A stretch of 64,000 nucleotides of DNA from a virus. The stretch lies in the IMG/VR virus record IMGVR_UViG_3300031519_004866. One strand, written 5' to 3'. Below are positions 17,799 through 26,423 of the stretch, piece by piece (the first letter of the stretch is position 1; the number at the start of each line of letters is the position of its first letter). Both the position numbers and the translations under genes were made by a program. The notes below the pieces were generated by a model. The model searched no databases and was not told the origin of the DNA. It saw only the letters and a list, made by a program, of their open reading frames with translations.

Positions 17799-18572
17799 TT
17801 ACCACTTCCTACATGACCAGTAACGTGCTTTAGTACGCGGTCCTGGATTATCACAGTTGTGTCTTGCTCTAAAGCTCTTGCGTCTTTTTGGATTATTCTT
17901 TTTAATGCTCATAGCTTTACCTTTAACACTGCTTCCGCCGTGTCCAAAGTTTACTTTTTTAACATTACCTGTTTTAGGATCTTTAACATAAACTTTAAAC
18001 TTCTTAACATCACCTTGCATTGGCTTGCCAAGTTTAACTGTACGTCCTTGATACTCTGCTTCGTCTATGATGTCATCTTCATTGTACCACATTTCACCAT
18101 ACGCTTCATAGAATGCATCATCGTCATCATATGTTTCATCAATATTAGTATCTTCGTTAGTTGATTCATTACCGTCACTATTCATTACCTGATCAATTAT
18201 TTTTGCGTTATCTTCAAGGTCATCATTGCCTGTAATTGCTTCAAGCTCATCTATACATGCTTTTGTGATTGGCATCTCATCAATAAATGACATCGGATCG
18301 TTTTCAAATTTATCTTCGCCATGTTTTTTTATCATTGCGTCAGCTTCATTAGTTTCAACAAAGTCTGTAGTGATGCCTGAGTTTAATGCCCACTGCAAAT
18401 AGCCTTCTGGTAATGTGTCGCCATTGCCACCAATGTATGTGTCAAACGTAGCAATCCACGCACCAATTTTGTCTCTTATTTCAGATGACACTTCTGTTTC
18501 TTCAACAGCAAAAGTTTCTGTATCGATTACAGCACTTTCTAGTAGTTTAAGTTTGTTCAATAGATCCCGCAT
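17799..18572 (-). CDS. modular putative internal head protein (acidic N-half, basic C-domain)
   Basis: MRDLLNKLKLLES leader; IDEAEYQGRTVKLGKP...RARHNCDNPGPRTKARYWSC. Confidence 0.6.
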   Translation of the reverse strand: MRDLLNKLKLLESAVIDTETFAVEETEVSSEIRDKIGAWIATFDTYIGGNGDTLPEGYLQWALNSGITTDFVETNEADAMIKKHGEDKFENDPMSFIDEMPITKACIDELEAITGNDDLEDNAKIIDQVMNSDGNESTNEDTNIDETYDDDDAFYEAYGEMWYNEDDIIDEAEYQGRTVKLGKPMQGDVKKFKVYVKDPKTGNVKKVNFGHGGSSVKGKAMSIKKNNPKRRKSFRARHNCDNPGPRTKARYWSCRKW

Positions 18573-18622
18573 AGTATAATCCTTTAATAGAGTTATACTG
18601 TATTTAGCTGTTTAATGCAAAC

Positions 18623-18985
18623 TTAATAGTTATAAAGAACTTGGATAATACGCCCGTCTTGTACATTATGTCCTACACGTAACCAGATAAATTTACCTGT
18701 AAAGGTCTGTGTACCGATGTAATCTGCTGAATCATTAGCAGAGTAGTATGCACTATCTCCACCCCATTCAATTACATCTACCCAGTCATACTCACCTGGA
18801 TCTTCGGCTAATGTTCCCTGGATTTTAATAGTTCCAGTGAAGGCGTTCACTTGATACGCTACAGTATGTACACCGTCGTTATTACGATGATACCCTGCGC
18901 CTTTTGATTTAGACCCGTACGTATACGCTGAGTCGGATACTACCGAATCAATTAGGCCTAATAATTGTCTACTCTCATTACTCAT
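18623..18985 (-). CDS. hypothetical protein (beta-rich, possibly virion)
   Basis: ORF with TAAATA-N5-ATG. Confidence 0.6.
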   Translation of the reverse strand: MSNESRQLLGLIDSVVSDSAYTYGSKSKGAGYHRNNDGVHTVAYQVNAFTGTIKIQGTLAEDPGEYDWVDVIEWGGDSAYYSANDSADYIGTQTFTGKFIWLRVGHNVQDGRIIQVLYNY

Positions 18986-18989
18986 ACTA

Positions 18990-19721
18990 CTATTTACCTG
19001 TTTCTACATATTTACAAACTGTGCCTATATTGTCAGAACACCTTAATTTAAGTAACATTAATGTTTGTTCGTCTTGTACATAGATGTATCTTCGAGTCTG
19101 CATATAAGGGCGATTAACATAAAACCATTTTTTAATAGATTCTGTAAATGTAATACGTGGACGTTGTGCTTCAAAAAAATTGCATAATTTATCTATATCG
19201 TCCCATGCTAATTTAGTTGGCCACTTTAAATCAACTCGATAATTATATCGACCATACGGCAATTTATCTACAAATATCTCTTTTGTACTATTAAGTAGAA
19301 TGTCTTCCATACCAGCAGCAGGTTGCGATCTTTGGAGTGTTATATCATTAAATTGCTGGCTTACTTCATTATATAAACTAACATCGTTTGTATATACGTC
19401 TACACTTTCACCTTCAACTCGAAACGAAAGATCTTTTTTTGGCACTCCAGAAAATAAAGATATAATTTTAGACCAAGTTTTGGCGTTGTTGTGTATTGTA
19501 TTGCCTACTTTTACTCTCCAGTCCATATAGCCTCGATTAGGAACAGGTTGAAAATGGCTATGTGGCGGTGGAACAGAAATAAAGTTAATAATTTGAGCAT
19601 ATGAAAGCAGCCGAAGAGCGCGAGCTCCCGGCAACTTTAAACTAACTTTATATATAAACTTATTATAAAATTTCTTATTGGTTATCTTGGGTTTCTGTAA
19701 CACTCTTAGTAGCCTCTTCAA
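18990..19721 (-). CDS. hypothetical protein
   Basis: 243-aa ORF; exact start uncertain. Confidence 0.6.
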   Translation of the reverse strand: MKRLLRVLQKPKITNKKFYNKFIYKVSLKLPGARALRLLSYAQIINFISVPPPHSHFQPVPNRGYMDWRVKVGNTIHNNAKTWSKIISLFSGVPKKDLSFRVEGESVDVYTNDVSLYNEVSQQFNDITLQRSQPAAGMEDILLNSTKEIFVDKLPYGRYNYRVDLKWPTKLAWDDIDKLCNFFEAQRPRITFTESIKKWFYVNRPYMQTRRYIYVQDEQTLMLLKLRCSDNIGTVCKYVETGK

Positions 19722-22032
19722 TTTTAGCTTTAGCTTCTAACTTTTTTGCTTTACGTTGATCTTTAGTTAAAGGCTTTGGCATCGGCGTTACTTTAAATTC
19801 AGGTGTATCATTTACAATGCTAACAGCAACCTTGCCACCCTCTGCTAAATCACCAAACAGCACTCTTCGACTTAGAGGCGTTTTAATATTAGTATCAATA
19901 ACTCTTGCTAACGGTCTTGCACCCATCTTAGGATTGTAACCTTTCTTTGCTACCCAGTCAACAGCATCTTTATCTAATGTAATTAAAATGTTTTTCTCTT
20001 TGAGTTGAGTATTAAGTTCAGCAATAAATTTACCAACAATGCTCTTAACAACAGTTTTAGAAAGTTTAGCAAATTTAACAGTGCCATCAAGTCTATTTCT
20101 AAACTCTGGAGCAAAGAACTTTTTAACTGCTTTATCGTCTTCAGTATCTTTTTCATTGTCAGCAAAACCAATAAGTTTTGATTCGTTATCAGCAGCACCT
20201 AAGTTTGATGTCATAATAAGAATAGTATTACGTCCGTCTGCTTTCTTACCATTTGAGCCTGTAACAAATCCATTATCCATAAATTGTAACAAAATATTTG
20301 ATACATCCTTATGTGCTTTTTCAATTTCGTCTAATAGTAATACTGCATTAGGAGTTTCTTGTAGTTTATTAATTAGCTGTCCAGCATCATCATCGTAACC
20401 TACGTACCCTGGAGGCGCACCAATTAATCTTGCAACACTATGCTTTTCTTGGTATTCACTCATATCAAATCTAATAAGTGTCATGCCCATTTTATCAGCA
20501 AGTGATTTTGCAGTTTCAGTTTTACCTGTGCCAGTTGGGCCTAAGAATAAAAAGCTACCAATAGGTTTATTAGGATCTTTCATTCCACTTTGTGCAACAA
20601 AGATTTTATCAAGAATAGATTCAACTGCGGTATCTTGTCCAAACACTGCTTTCTTCATAGCAACATCAAGTCCTGCAAGGTTACCACTTTCTTTTTGTGA
20701 TACAGTTTCTAAAGGCATACTGATCATTTTAGAAAGTTCAAATGTAACTTGTTCAATATCAACTAACTGAACGATGCCTTCATTTTCTTTAGCATCATTA
20801 AGTTTGTACCTTGCAGATGCACAATCAATAATATCAATTGCTTTGTCTGGTAATTTCTTATCAGCCATATATTTAATTGAAAGATTTACTGCTTGTTGGA
20901 TAGCATCGTCAGTAATTTTAACATTATGATGTTGCTCATAGTACTTGCGTAGTCCTCTAATAATCTTTACAGTAAGTTCAGGTGTAGGTTCATCAACAGT
21001 TACACGTTGGAATCGACGCATTAATGCACGATCCTTTTCAAAGTACTTGCGATACTCTTCCCAAGTAGTTGAAGCAATAACTTTCATGTTGCCTTTAGTA
21101 AGTGCAGGCTTTAACATGTTAGCAAGATCGTTTGAACCTTGTGATGCTGATCCAGCTCCGCTCATCATATGTGCTTCGTCGATGAACAAAATAATATTAC
21201 CTTTGCGTTCTAATGCTGTTAATACTGCTTTAATACGTTCTTCAAAGTCGCCTCTATATTTACTACCAGCAACTAATGCACTAATATCTAAACTAAACAC
21301 AAGGTGGTCTTGAATAAACTTAGGAACTTTCTTTTCAAAAATCTTACGTGCAAGGCCTTCTGCAATAGCAGTTTTACCAACTCCTGGATCACCAACCATT
21401 AGTACATTTGCTTTATTACGTCTAGCTAGTACTAATTCAATTTTTTCAATTTCATCATCACGCCCGATAACAGGATCAATTACACGCTGTTTAGCTTTCA
21501 TAGATAAGTTAGTACAGAATTGATTAATAATCCTGTCAAGCTGATCTGGACTCAAATTAACTTCTCCTTCGTCGCCTTCAAAAAATTCTTCGTTGTTTAC
21601 GTGATGCTTTTGGAAATGCTGGACAAATTTTTCTTTATTAATTCCGCCTTTTGATAAGAAGTAAAATGCAAAAGAATTCTTTTCACTCATAACACTAATA
21701 ATAACATCAGCTGTTTCAATTTGATTACGTCCACTGAATAACACTTGTGTAAAGCATCTATTTAAAACACGTTCGACTGATGCAGTTTTTTTAGGTACAA
21801 TTTGTGGATCGTTAGATGTAATATCAGCTAAATTATTTTTTAGATAGTGCTCTAAGTTAGTTTTAATAAAATCAACATCGGCACCAAACTCTTGTAGTCC
21901 TGCTGCGGTTTCAGTATCACTAAAAATAGCACATACTAAGTGTTCAATAGTAATGTTGGTATGTGTATACTTTTGTGCAATACTAACTGATGAGTCAAAA
22001 ATTGCTTGTAGTTGTTTACTAGGTTCAATCAT
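19675..22032 (-). CDS. clpA: ATP-dependent Clp protease ATPase subunit ClpA
   Basis: Clp N-domain; two AAA+ modules (GDPGVGKT, GPTGTGKT); IGF loop for ClpP docking (KLIGFAD); no ClpB middle domain. Confidence 0.9.
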   Translation of the reverse strand: MIEPSKQLQAIFDSSVSIAQKYTHTNITIEHLVCAIFSDTETAAGLQEFGADVDFIKTNLEHYLKNNLADITSNDPQIVPKKTASVERVLNRCFTQVLFSGRNQIETADVIISVMSEKNSFAFYFLSKGGINKEKFVQHFQKHHVNNEEFFEGDEGEVNLSPDQLDRIINQFCTNLSMKAKQRVIDPVIGRDDEIEKIELVLARRNKANVLMVGDPGVGKTAIAEGLARKIFEKKVPKFIQDHLVFSLDISALVAGSKYRGDFEERIKAVLTALERKGNIILFIDEAHMMSGAGSASQGSNDLANMLKPALTKGNMKVIASTTWEEYRKYFEKDRALMRRFQRVTVDEPTPELTVKIIRGLRKYYEQHHNVKITDDAIQQAVNLSIKYMADKKLPDKAIDIIDCASARYKLNDAKENEGIVQLVDIEQVTFELSKMISMPLETVSQKESGNLAGLDVAMKKAVFGQDTAVESILDKIFVAQSGMKDPNKPIGSFLFLGPTGTGKTETAKSLADKMGMTLIRFDMSEYQEKHSVARLIGAPPGYVGYDDDAGQLINKLQETPNAVLLLDEIEKAHKDVSNILLQFMDNGFVTGSNGKKADGRNTILIMTSNLGAADNESKLIGFADNEKDTEDDKAVKKFFAPEFRNRLDGTVKFAKLSKTVVKSIVGKFIAELNTQLKEKNILITLDKDAVDWVAKKGYNPKMGARPLARVIDTNIKTPLSRRVLFGDLAEGGKVAVSIVNDTPEFKVTPMPKPLTKDQRKAKKLEAKAKIEEATKSVTETQDNQ

Positions 22033-22553
22033 TGTTTTTTTAATCTCTTTTTTAATTTCGTCATAGCTAATTGTAACTTCAATCGCCCCACTTTGTCAAC
22101 GAAACAAATGCCATTTAGGTGATCTAATTCGTGTTGAAAGCATGTAGCAAGGTATCCTTCAATTTTTGCTTCTTTTGTTACGCCTTTAGAGTTTTGATAT
22201 TGTGCTATAATTGACTTGGGTCTTTTTAAATGCAACCATAGTCCTGGAAAACTCAAACATCCTTCTTTCTGCAAAACTTTATCTTCGCTGGATTCTAAAA
22301 TTACAGGATTAAAAACAGCAAATGGTTCAGGAAAGCCTGGAACATTTTGAGAGCCAATTGTAAATACTCTCTTTCTAATATTTAATTGATTAGCAGCAAG
22401 ACCAATGCCGTTGTGATTTAACATAAAGTTACACATATCATGTTCGAGTTCTTCAGGATCTAACTCTTCTTTTTCAAAATCCCATATATCGCTTTGTTCT
22501 TTTAACGATTGATGCATACCTAACTTATAATCTAAATCTAATTTATAATCCAT
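22029..22553 (-). CDS. def: peptide deformylase
   Basis: GIGLAANQ, EGCLS, HELDH. Confidence 0.95.
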   Translation of the reverse strand: MDYKLDLDYKLGMHQSLKEQSDIWDFEKEELDPEELEHDMCNFMLNHNGIGLAANQLNIRKRVFTIGSQNVPGFPEPFAVFNPVILESSEDKVLQKEGCLSFPGLWLHLKRPKSIIAQYQNSKGVTKEAKIEGYLATCFQHELDHLNGICFVDKVGRLKLQLAMTKLKKRLKKQ

Positions 22554-23343
22554 GTTTTACTTCCATAATCTTTTTTCGTTGTTCTGGTGTTAGGTTAGAT
22601 GGAACAATTGCTTTAATTCTAACTAGTAAGTTGCCTTTCCTTCCTGTTTTTATGTTTGGTAGTCCTTCTCCGTTACAGCTTAATGTTGTATCAGGTTGTG
22701 AGCCAGCGGGTATATTAAGTCTTAACTGTCTGCCTGATAGTGTTGTAATGTCTACAGTTGATCCTAACATTAAATCCCACACAAGCATTTTTTTCTCACA
22801 TAGTATATTATCACCGTGACGTTGATAGTCTCGGTGATTGCGAATGCGAATATGCACCATTAAGTCGCCTGGTGCAATGTTTGGAACAGAATTATCGCCC
22901 ATTCCTGCATATCTGACAGTATGACCGTGATCGGCTCCTGCTGGAATATTAATATCGATTAATTTAGTTCTACCGGTTGGTAGTTGGATTTCCATTGCAA
23001 TCTGTTTACCTTCAAACACTTCTTCTAGTGTTAGGTCAATTGCAATGTCAACTTGTCTATTTTGAGGACGTCTTTGTTGTTGTTGGAACCCTTGGCCGAA
23101 CATACTACCAAATATATCGTTGAAGTTGCCATAGTTTTGCTCGAACCCCTGTGGCTGAGGACTGTCGTACTGCTGTCTTTTAACGGGATCTTTTAGAGTG
23201 CTGTATGCTTCGTTGATTTCTTTAAACTTAGATTCATCACCACCCCTGTCGGGGTGATGTTGCATACTTGATTTCTTATATGCTTTCTTAAGTTCTTCTT
23301 GTGAAGCATTTTTGCTAACGCCTAGTACAGTGTAATAATCCAT
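22543..23343 (-). CDS. DnaJ-class co-chaperone (CbpA-like, no Zn finger)
   Basis: J-domain with HPD; C-terminal GDL...GEGLP...GNLLV domain. Confidence 0.9.
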   Translation of the reverse strand: MDYYTVLGVSKNASQEELKKAYKKSSMQHHPDRGGDESKFKEINEAYSTLKDPVKRQQYDSPQPQGFEQNYGNFNDIFGSMFGQGFQQQQRRPQNRQVDIAIDLTLEEVFEGKQIAMEIQLPTGRTKLIDINIPAGADHGHTVRYAGMGDNSVPNIAPGDLMVHIRIRNHRDYQRHGDNILCEKKMLVWDLMLGSTVDITTLSGRQLRLNIPAGSQPDTTLSCNGEGLPNIKTGRKGNLLVRIKAIVPSNLTPEQRKKIMEVKHGL

Positions 23344-23372
23344 ACTAGTACTTATTTTTAAATGCTAACGGA

Positions 23373-23669
23373 CTACTTCTTACTGGTTCCAGTGTATAAA
23401 CCAAACCATGCTGCGCCAGCACCAACAACAATTGATACAAGCCCACTTTGTTCCATAGTAACTGCTGTGCCGATGCCCATATACCAAATTACTACTTTGT
23501 ATAGTAGTACAATGTAAACAGTTAGGAATGCTCTTGGAAAAATTCTCCAAGCGTCTACTGCTTTAGCAAGATCGATTAAGCCTTGATATCTATTTTTAGA
23601 ACTATCAACGATACTTGTATCAACTTCTAATTCAATATTTACTTTTTTAGTTTGTGATTCGTCACTCAT
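23373..23669 (-). CDS. 2-TM membrane protein, holin candidate
   Basis: Two TM helices; near lysis genes and downstream of a late promoter. Confidence 0.45.
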   Translation of the reverse strand: MSDESQTKKVNIELEVDTSIVDSSKNRYQGLIDLAKAVDAWRIFPRAFLTVYIVLLYKVVIWYMGIGTAVTMEQSGLVSIVVGAGAAWFGLYTGTSKK

Positions 23670-23956
23670 TTCTTCGCTCCTTTAGATTCTAACTTATTGA
23701 TTCGCTTTTCTAGTTCATCAATCTTCTTAGTTACATGCGGGTACTTTTTACGCCACGCATCATCTGGTTGTTGTAACCAAGTCCATCCCCAACGTGTAAC
23801 TAAAAAGTCTACAGTTAAATCAAACTTAGCATAAAGCCAAAGCCCAATTCTTGTACCTTTAAAATACGTTGAGAAAGCAAGTCCAAAAAGAGATCCAACT
23901 AGTGCGGTATAAATCCAAAGGCGATCACTCACCATTCTTTCAATCATTTCCAACAT
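23666..23956 (-). CDS. membrane-anchored protein, holin/antiholin candidate
   Basis: N-terminal TM and C-terminal coiled coil; SD AAGGAG; TAAATA upstream. Confidence 0.45.
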   Translation of the reverse strand: MLEMIERMVSDRLWIYTALVGSLFGLAFSTYFKGTRIGLWLYAKFDLTVDFLVTRWGWTWLQQPDDAWRKKYPHVTKKIDELEKRINKLESKGAKK

Positions 23957-23991
23957 AATGTTTTCGCTCCTTATACTGTATTTATCATTAA

Positions 23992-24318
23992 CTACTTTTT
24001 AAGAGTGAATGATTCGCCACAGCCGCAAGTTGCGTCTTCCCAAGGATTTTTGAATTGAAACCCTTCGTTGAGTCCTTCTTTGACATAATCTAGATGAGTT
24101 CCGTCTATCATTACTAGTGACTTTTTATCAACAATAATCTTTATACCGTTGGAGTCAAACACAGTATCATCATCATTAAGTGTATCAACAAACTCTAAAA
24201 CATATGCATATCCTGAGCAACCAGTAGTTTTTATCTTAACTCTAAGTCCTAGGCCTTTGCCACGAGTTTCTAAGAAGCCAGATACACGGGTTGCACCATC
24301 CTCAGTAATTGTTATCAC
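23992..24318 (-). CDS. iscA: A-type Fe-S carrier IscA
   Basis: TGCSGYAY and CGCGESF. Confidence 0.92.
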   Translation of the reverse strand: MITITEDGATRVSGFLETRGKGLGLRVKIKTTGCSGYAYVLEFVDTLNDDDTVFDSNGIKIIVDKKSLVMIDGTHLDYVKEGLNEGFQFKNPWEDATCGCGESFTLKK

Positions 24319-24683
24319 TTAGATTTATAATCTGCAATAGCAGCTTTGATAGCATCTTCTGCTAGTACACTGCAATGTATCTTTACTGGAGGTAGAGCAA
24401 GTTCAGTTGCAAGGTCTGTGTTCTTTATCTCACTTGCGCCTTCTAATGTCATTCCTTTAACCCATTCAGTGAGTAAGCTACTACTTGCAATAGCACTACC
24501 ACATCCATATGTTTTAAACTTAGCATCAGTGATTATGTTATCTTCTACTTTAATTTGCAGACGCATAACATCGCCACACGCAGGAGCTCCTACCATTCCA
24601 GTTCCAATGCTATCATCTATTTCCCACTTACCAACATTACGAGGGTTTTCGTAATGGTCCATCACTTTATCTGAATACGCCAC
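24315..24683 (-). CDS. iscU: Fe-S scaffold IscU (copy 1)
   Basis: [28 protein letters not shown]; GTG start. Confidence 0.95.
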   Translation of the reverse strand: MAYSDKVMDHYENPRNVGKWEIDDSIGTGMVGAPACGDVMRLQIKVEDNIITDAKFKTYGCGSAIASSSLLTEWVKGMTLEGASEIKNTDLATELALPPVKIHCSVLAEDAIKAAIADYKSK

Positions 24684-24717
24684 GGCTGCGTCCTCTTAGT
24701 TAATGTATCTTTTATTG

Positions 24718-24752
24718 CTAGTTTATTACTAGCTACTAGTTTATTACTAGCT
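24718..24752. repeat. tandem duplication of a 17-bp unit containing the palindrome CTAGT-N5-ACTAG
   Basis: ctagtttattactagct at 24718-24734 and 24736-24752. Confidence 0.85.
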
Positions 24753-24935
24753 TAATTGGCCTCTACGAGTAAGTTCGTTACGTAGCTTTTGTTTAAATTT
24801 TGGAGTAGTATTGTGTGCTTCATATGCACTTGTTAACTCTGTTAACGGAGTAGATTGCATATAAAAGTTTTGAATAGATTTTTTTCCTGTAGATCGATCT
24901 ACAGTGATTTGTGTTGGTTTAAATTTAATTGGCAT
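24747..24935 (-). CDS. hypothetical basic protein
   Basis: ORF between the two iscU copies. Confidence 0.55.
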   Translation of the reverse strand: MPIKFKPTQITVDRSTGKKSIQNFYMQSTPLTELTSAYEAHNTTPKFKQKLRNELTRRGQLS

Positions 24936-25363
24936 TATTCAGGTCCTCTGTTGTGTTTGCGCTTTGCTTTCTTTTCGTCCCAATCTTGCAGGGCACGTTT
25001 AATTGAATCTTCAGCTAACACTGAACAATGTAATTTAATTGGAGGAAGTTCTAATGCAGCAGCAATATCTTTATCTTTGATCTCTAATGCTTGTGTCATT
25101 GTAAGACCAGTAAGCATTTCAACAAACATTGTTGAACTTGCTATTGCACTGCCACATCCATATGTTTTAAATTTTACATCTTCAATAACATCAGTGTCAG
25201 GATTAACTTTTAAATCAAGTTTCATAACATCACCACACGCCGGTGCTCCTGTCATTCCTGTTGCTACATTAGGATCGTTTGGATCAAAGCGGCCCACGCC
25301 ATGCTTTGCCGGATTGTTTAGAACGTCTTCAAAACGATCTACTACTTTTTGTGAATATGCCAT
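24935..25363 (-). CDS. iscU: Fe-S scaffold IscU (copy 2)
   Basis: [28 protein letters not shown]; basic C-terminal extension. Confidence 0.95.
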   Translation of the reverse strand: MAYSQKVVDRFEDVLNNPAKHGVGRFDPNDPNVATGMTGAPACGDVMKLDLKVNPDTDVIEDVKFKTYGCGSAIASSTMFVEMLTGLTMTQALEIKDKDIAAALELPPIKLHCSVLAEDSIKRALQDWDEKKAKRKHNRGPE

Positions 25364-25386
25364 AAATTTTTAGTTATTATTTTAAT

Positions 25387-25415
25387 AGTATAACAAAACT
25401 ATTCTTATTTGTCAA
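25387..25415 (-). promoter_or_regulatory. sigma70-type promoter TTGACA-N17-TATACT driving the isc module
   Basis: Hexamers at 25415-25410 and 25392-25387. Confidence 0.7.
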
Positions 25416-25423
25416 CCAATTTA

Positions 25424-25579
25424 TTAAATGTCACAACTAAATGTTGCACGAGGTGTGACTTTATCTATGTCGATCTTTTTTGCGTCTTCGACACTTACGC
25501 TTGATGAAATTTTACAGTTCTTTGCAGAGCAACTAGATATCATCGTAGATAGAAAAACTACTAATATTAGTTTTAACAT
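25424..25579 (-). CDS. small lipoprotein (51 aa, not in ORF track)
   Basis: MLKLILVVFLSTMISSC-SAKNCK...FSCDI; signal peptide with lipobox. Confidence 0.55.
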   Translation of the reverse strand: MLKLILVVFLSTMISSCSAKNCKISSSVSVEDAKKIDIDKVTPRATFSCDI

Positions 25580-25947
25580 TACTCTACGCTATCAGGTTTT
25601 CCTGATTCGTAGTACTCTTTGTATTCGTTTATAATGGCGTCTTGTTTAAGCATATACGCCCGTATATGCGCAAAGTTCTTAGCAAGGGACTCATACCCTT
25701 CATCTGTTAAACCGAACAACACAGCGTCTGTATTTTTCTTTTTAAGTTTAGCAAATACTTCTTCTGCGTTTTCGCTAGTAATAATAATAAATTTAAGTTG
25801 CTCTAACTCAGCAACTTCAGGCTTAGAAAGATTTAATGGTGTTCTTTCAATAGGTTTACTAAACACGTCTAACTGAGATACAGTTGAACAACCAGTAAGT
25901 GCTACTCCTAGTAGCACAACTAAAAATATATTTTTAATATGGTACAT
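25579..25947 (-). CDS. o-spanin (outer-membrane lipoprotein)
   Basis: Lipobox LTGC; overlaps the upstream i-spanin end; follows the endolysin. Confidence 0.7.
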   Translation of the reverse strand: MYHIKNIFLVVLLGVALTGCSTVSQLDVFSKPIERTPLNLSKPEVAELEQLKFIIITSENAEEVFAKLKKKNTDAVLFGLTDEGYESLAKNFAHIRAYMLKQDAIINEYKEYYESGKPDSVE

Positions 25948-26419
25948 AGTTTGGGTTCGCTATACTTGGGCATTCAGGATTAATTTCAGATTTCTTAGTT
26001 GCCGTTTCTTCTTTTTCGGTTAATGGAGAGCCCATCGCTATTTCTACACAACGCATGGCGTTCTTTGTTCCGGTGTTAATTGCACGTTCAATTAGTCTAG
26101 GCTTTTGTTGAGCCAAGTTACCAATGTCACGTTTCTCACCACTTGCATTTATTTTGTTAAACTTATCGTTAAGATTATTAAGTTCAGCGTTTAACACTCT
26201 AGTTTGATCTTCAAGATTGTTTTTAGCAACATTAATTGCTGTAAAATCTTTTTGCATTTGTTCTAGTGCTGCTTTTTGTTCACCTACTGCTGTTGTTAGC
26301 TTTACGTTGTTAGCTTCGCTAACAGCAAGATCTGACTTTAAAGTTTTAACGTACACTACGCCACCACCTGCACCAGCTAACATTATTAATACTATTGCAA
26401 TCTTGATTGAACTAAACAT
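25934..26419 (-). CDS. i-spanin
   Basis: N-terminal TM, long coiled coil, two C-terminal Cys. Confidence 0.7.
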   Translation of the reverse strand: MFSSIKIAIVLIMLAGAGGGVVYVKTLKSDLAVSEANNVKLTTAVGEQKAALEQMQKDFTAINVAKNNLEDQTRVLNAELNNLNDKFNKINASGEKRDIGNLAQQKPRLIERAINTGTKNAMRCVEIAMGSPLTEKEETATKKSEINPECPSIANPNYVPY

Positions 26420-26423
26420 ACGT

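Noticed and set aside
19675-22032. ClpB disaggregase
   Set aside because: No long coiled-coil middle domain, and the IGF ClpP-docking loop is present, so ClpA.
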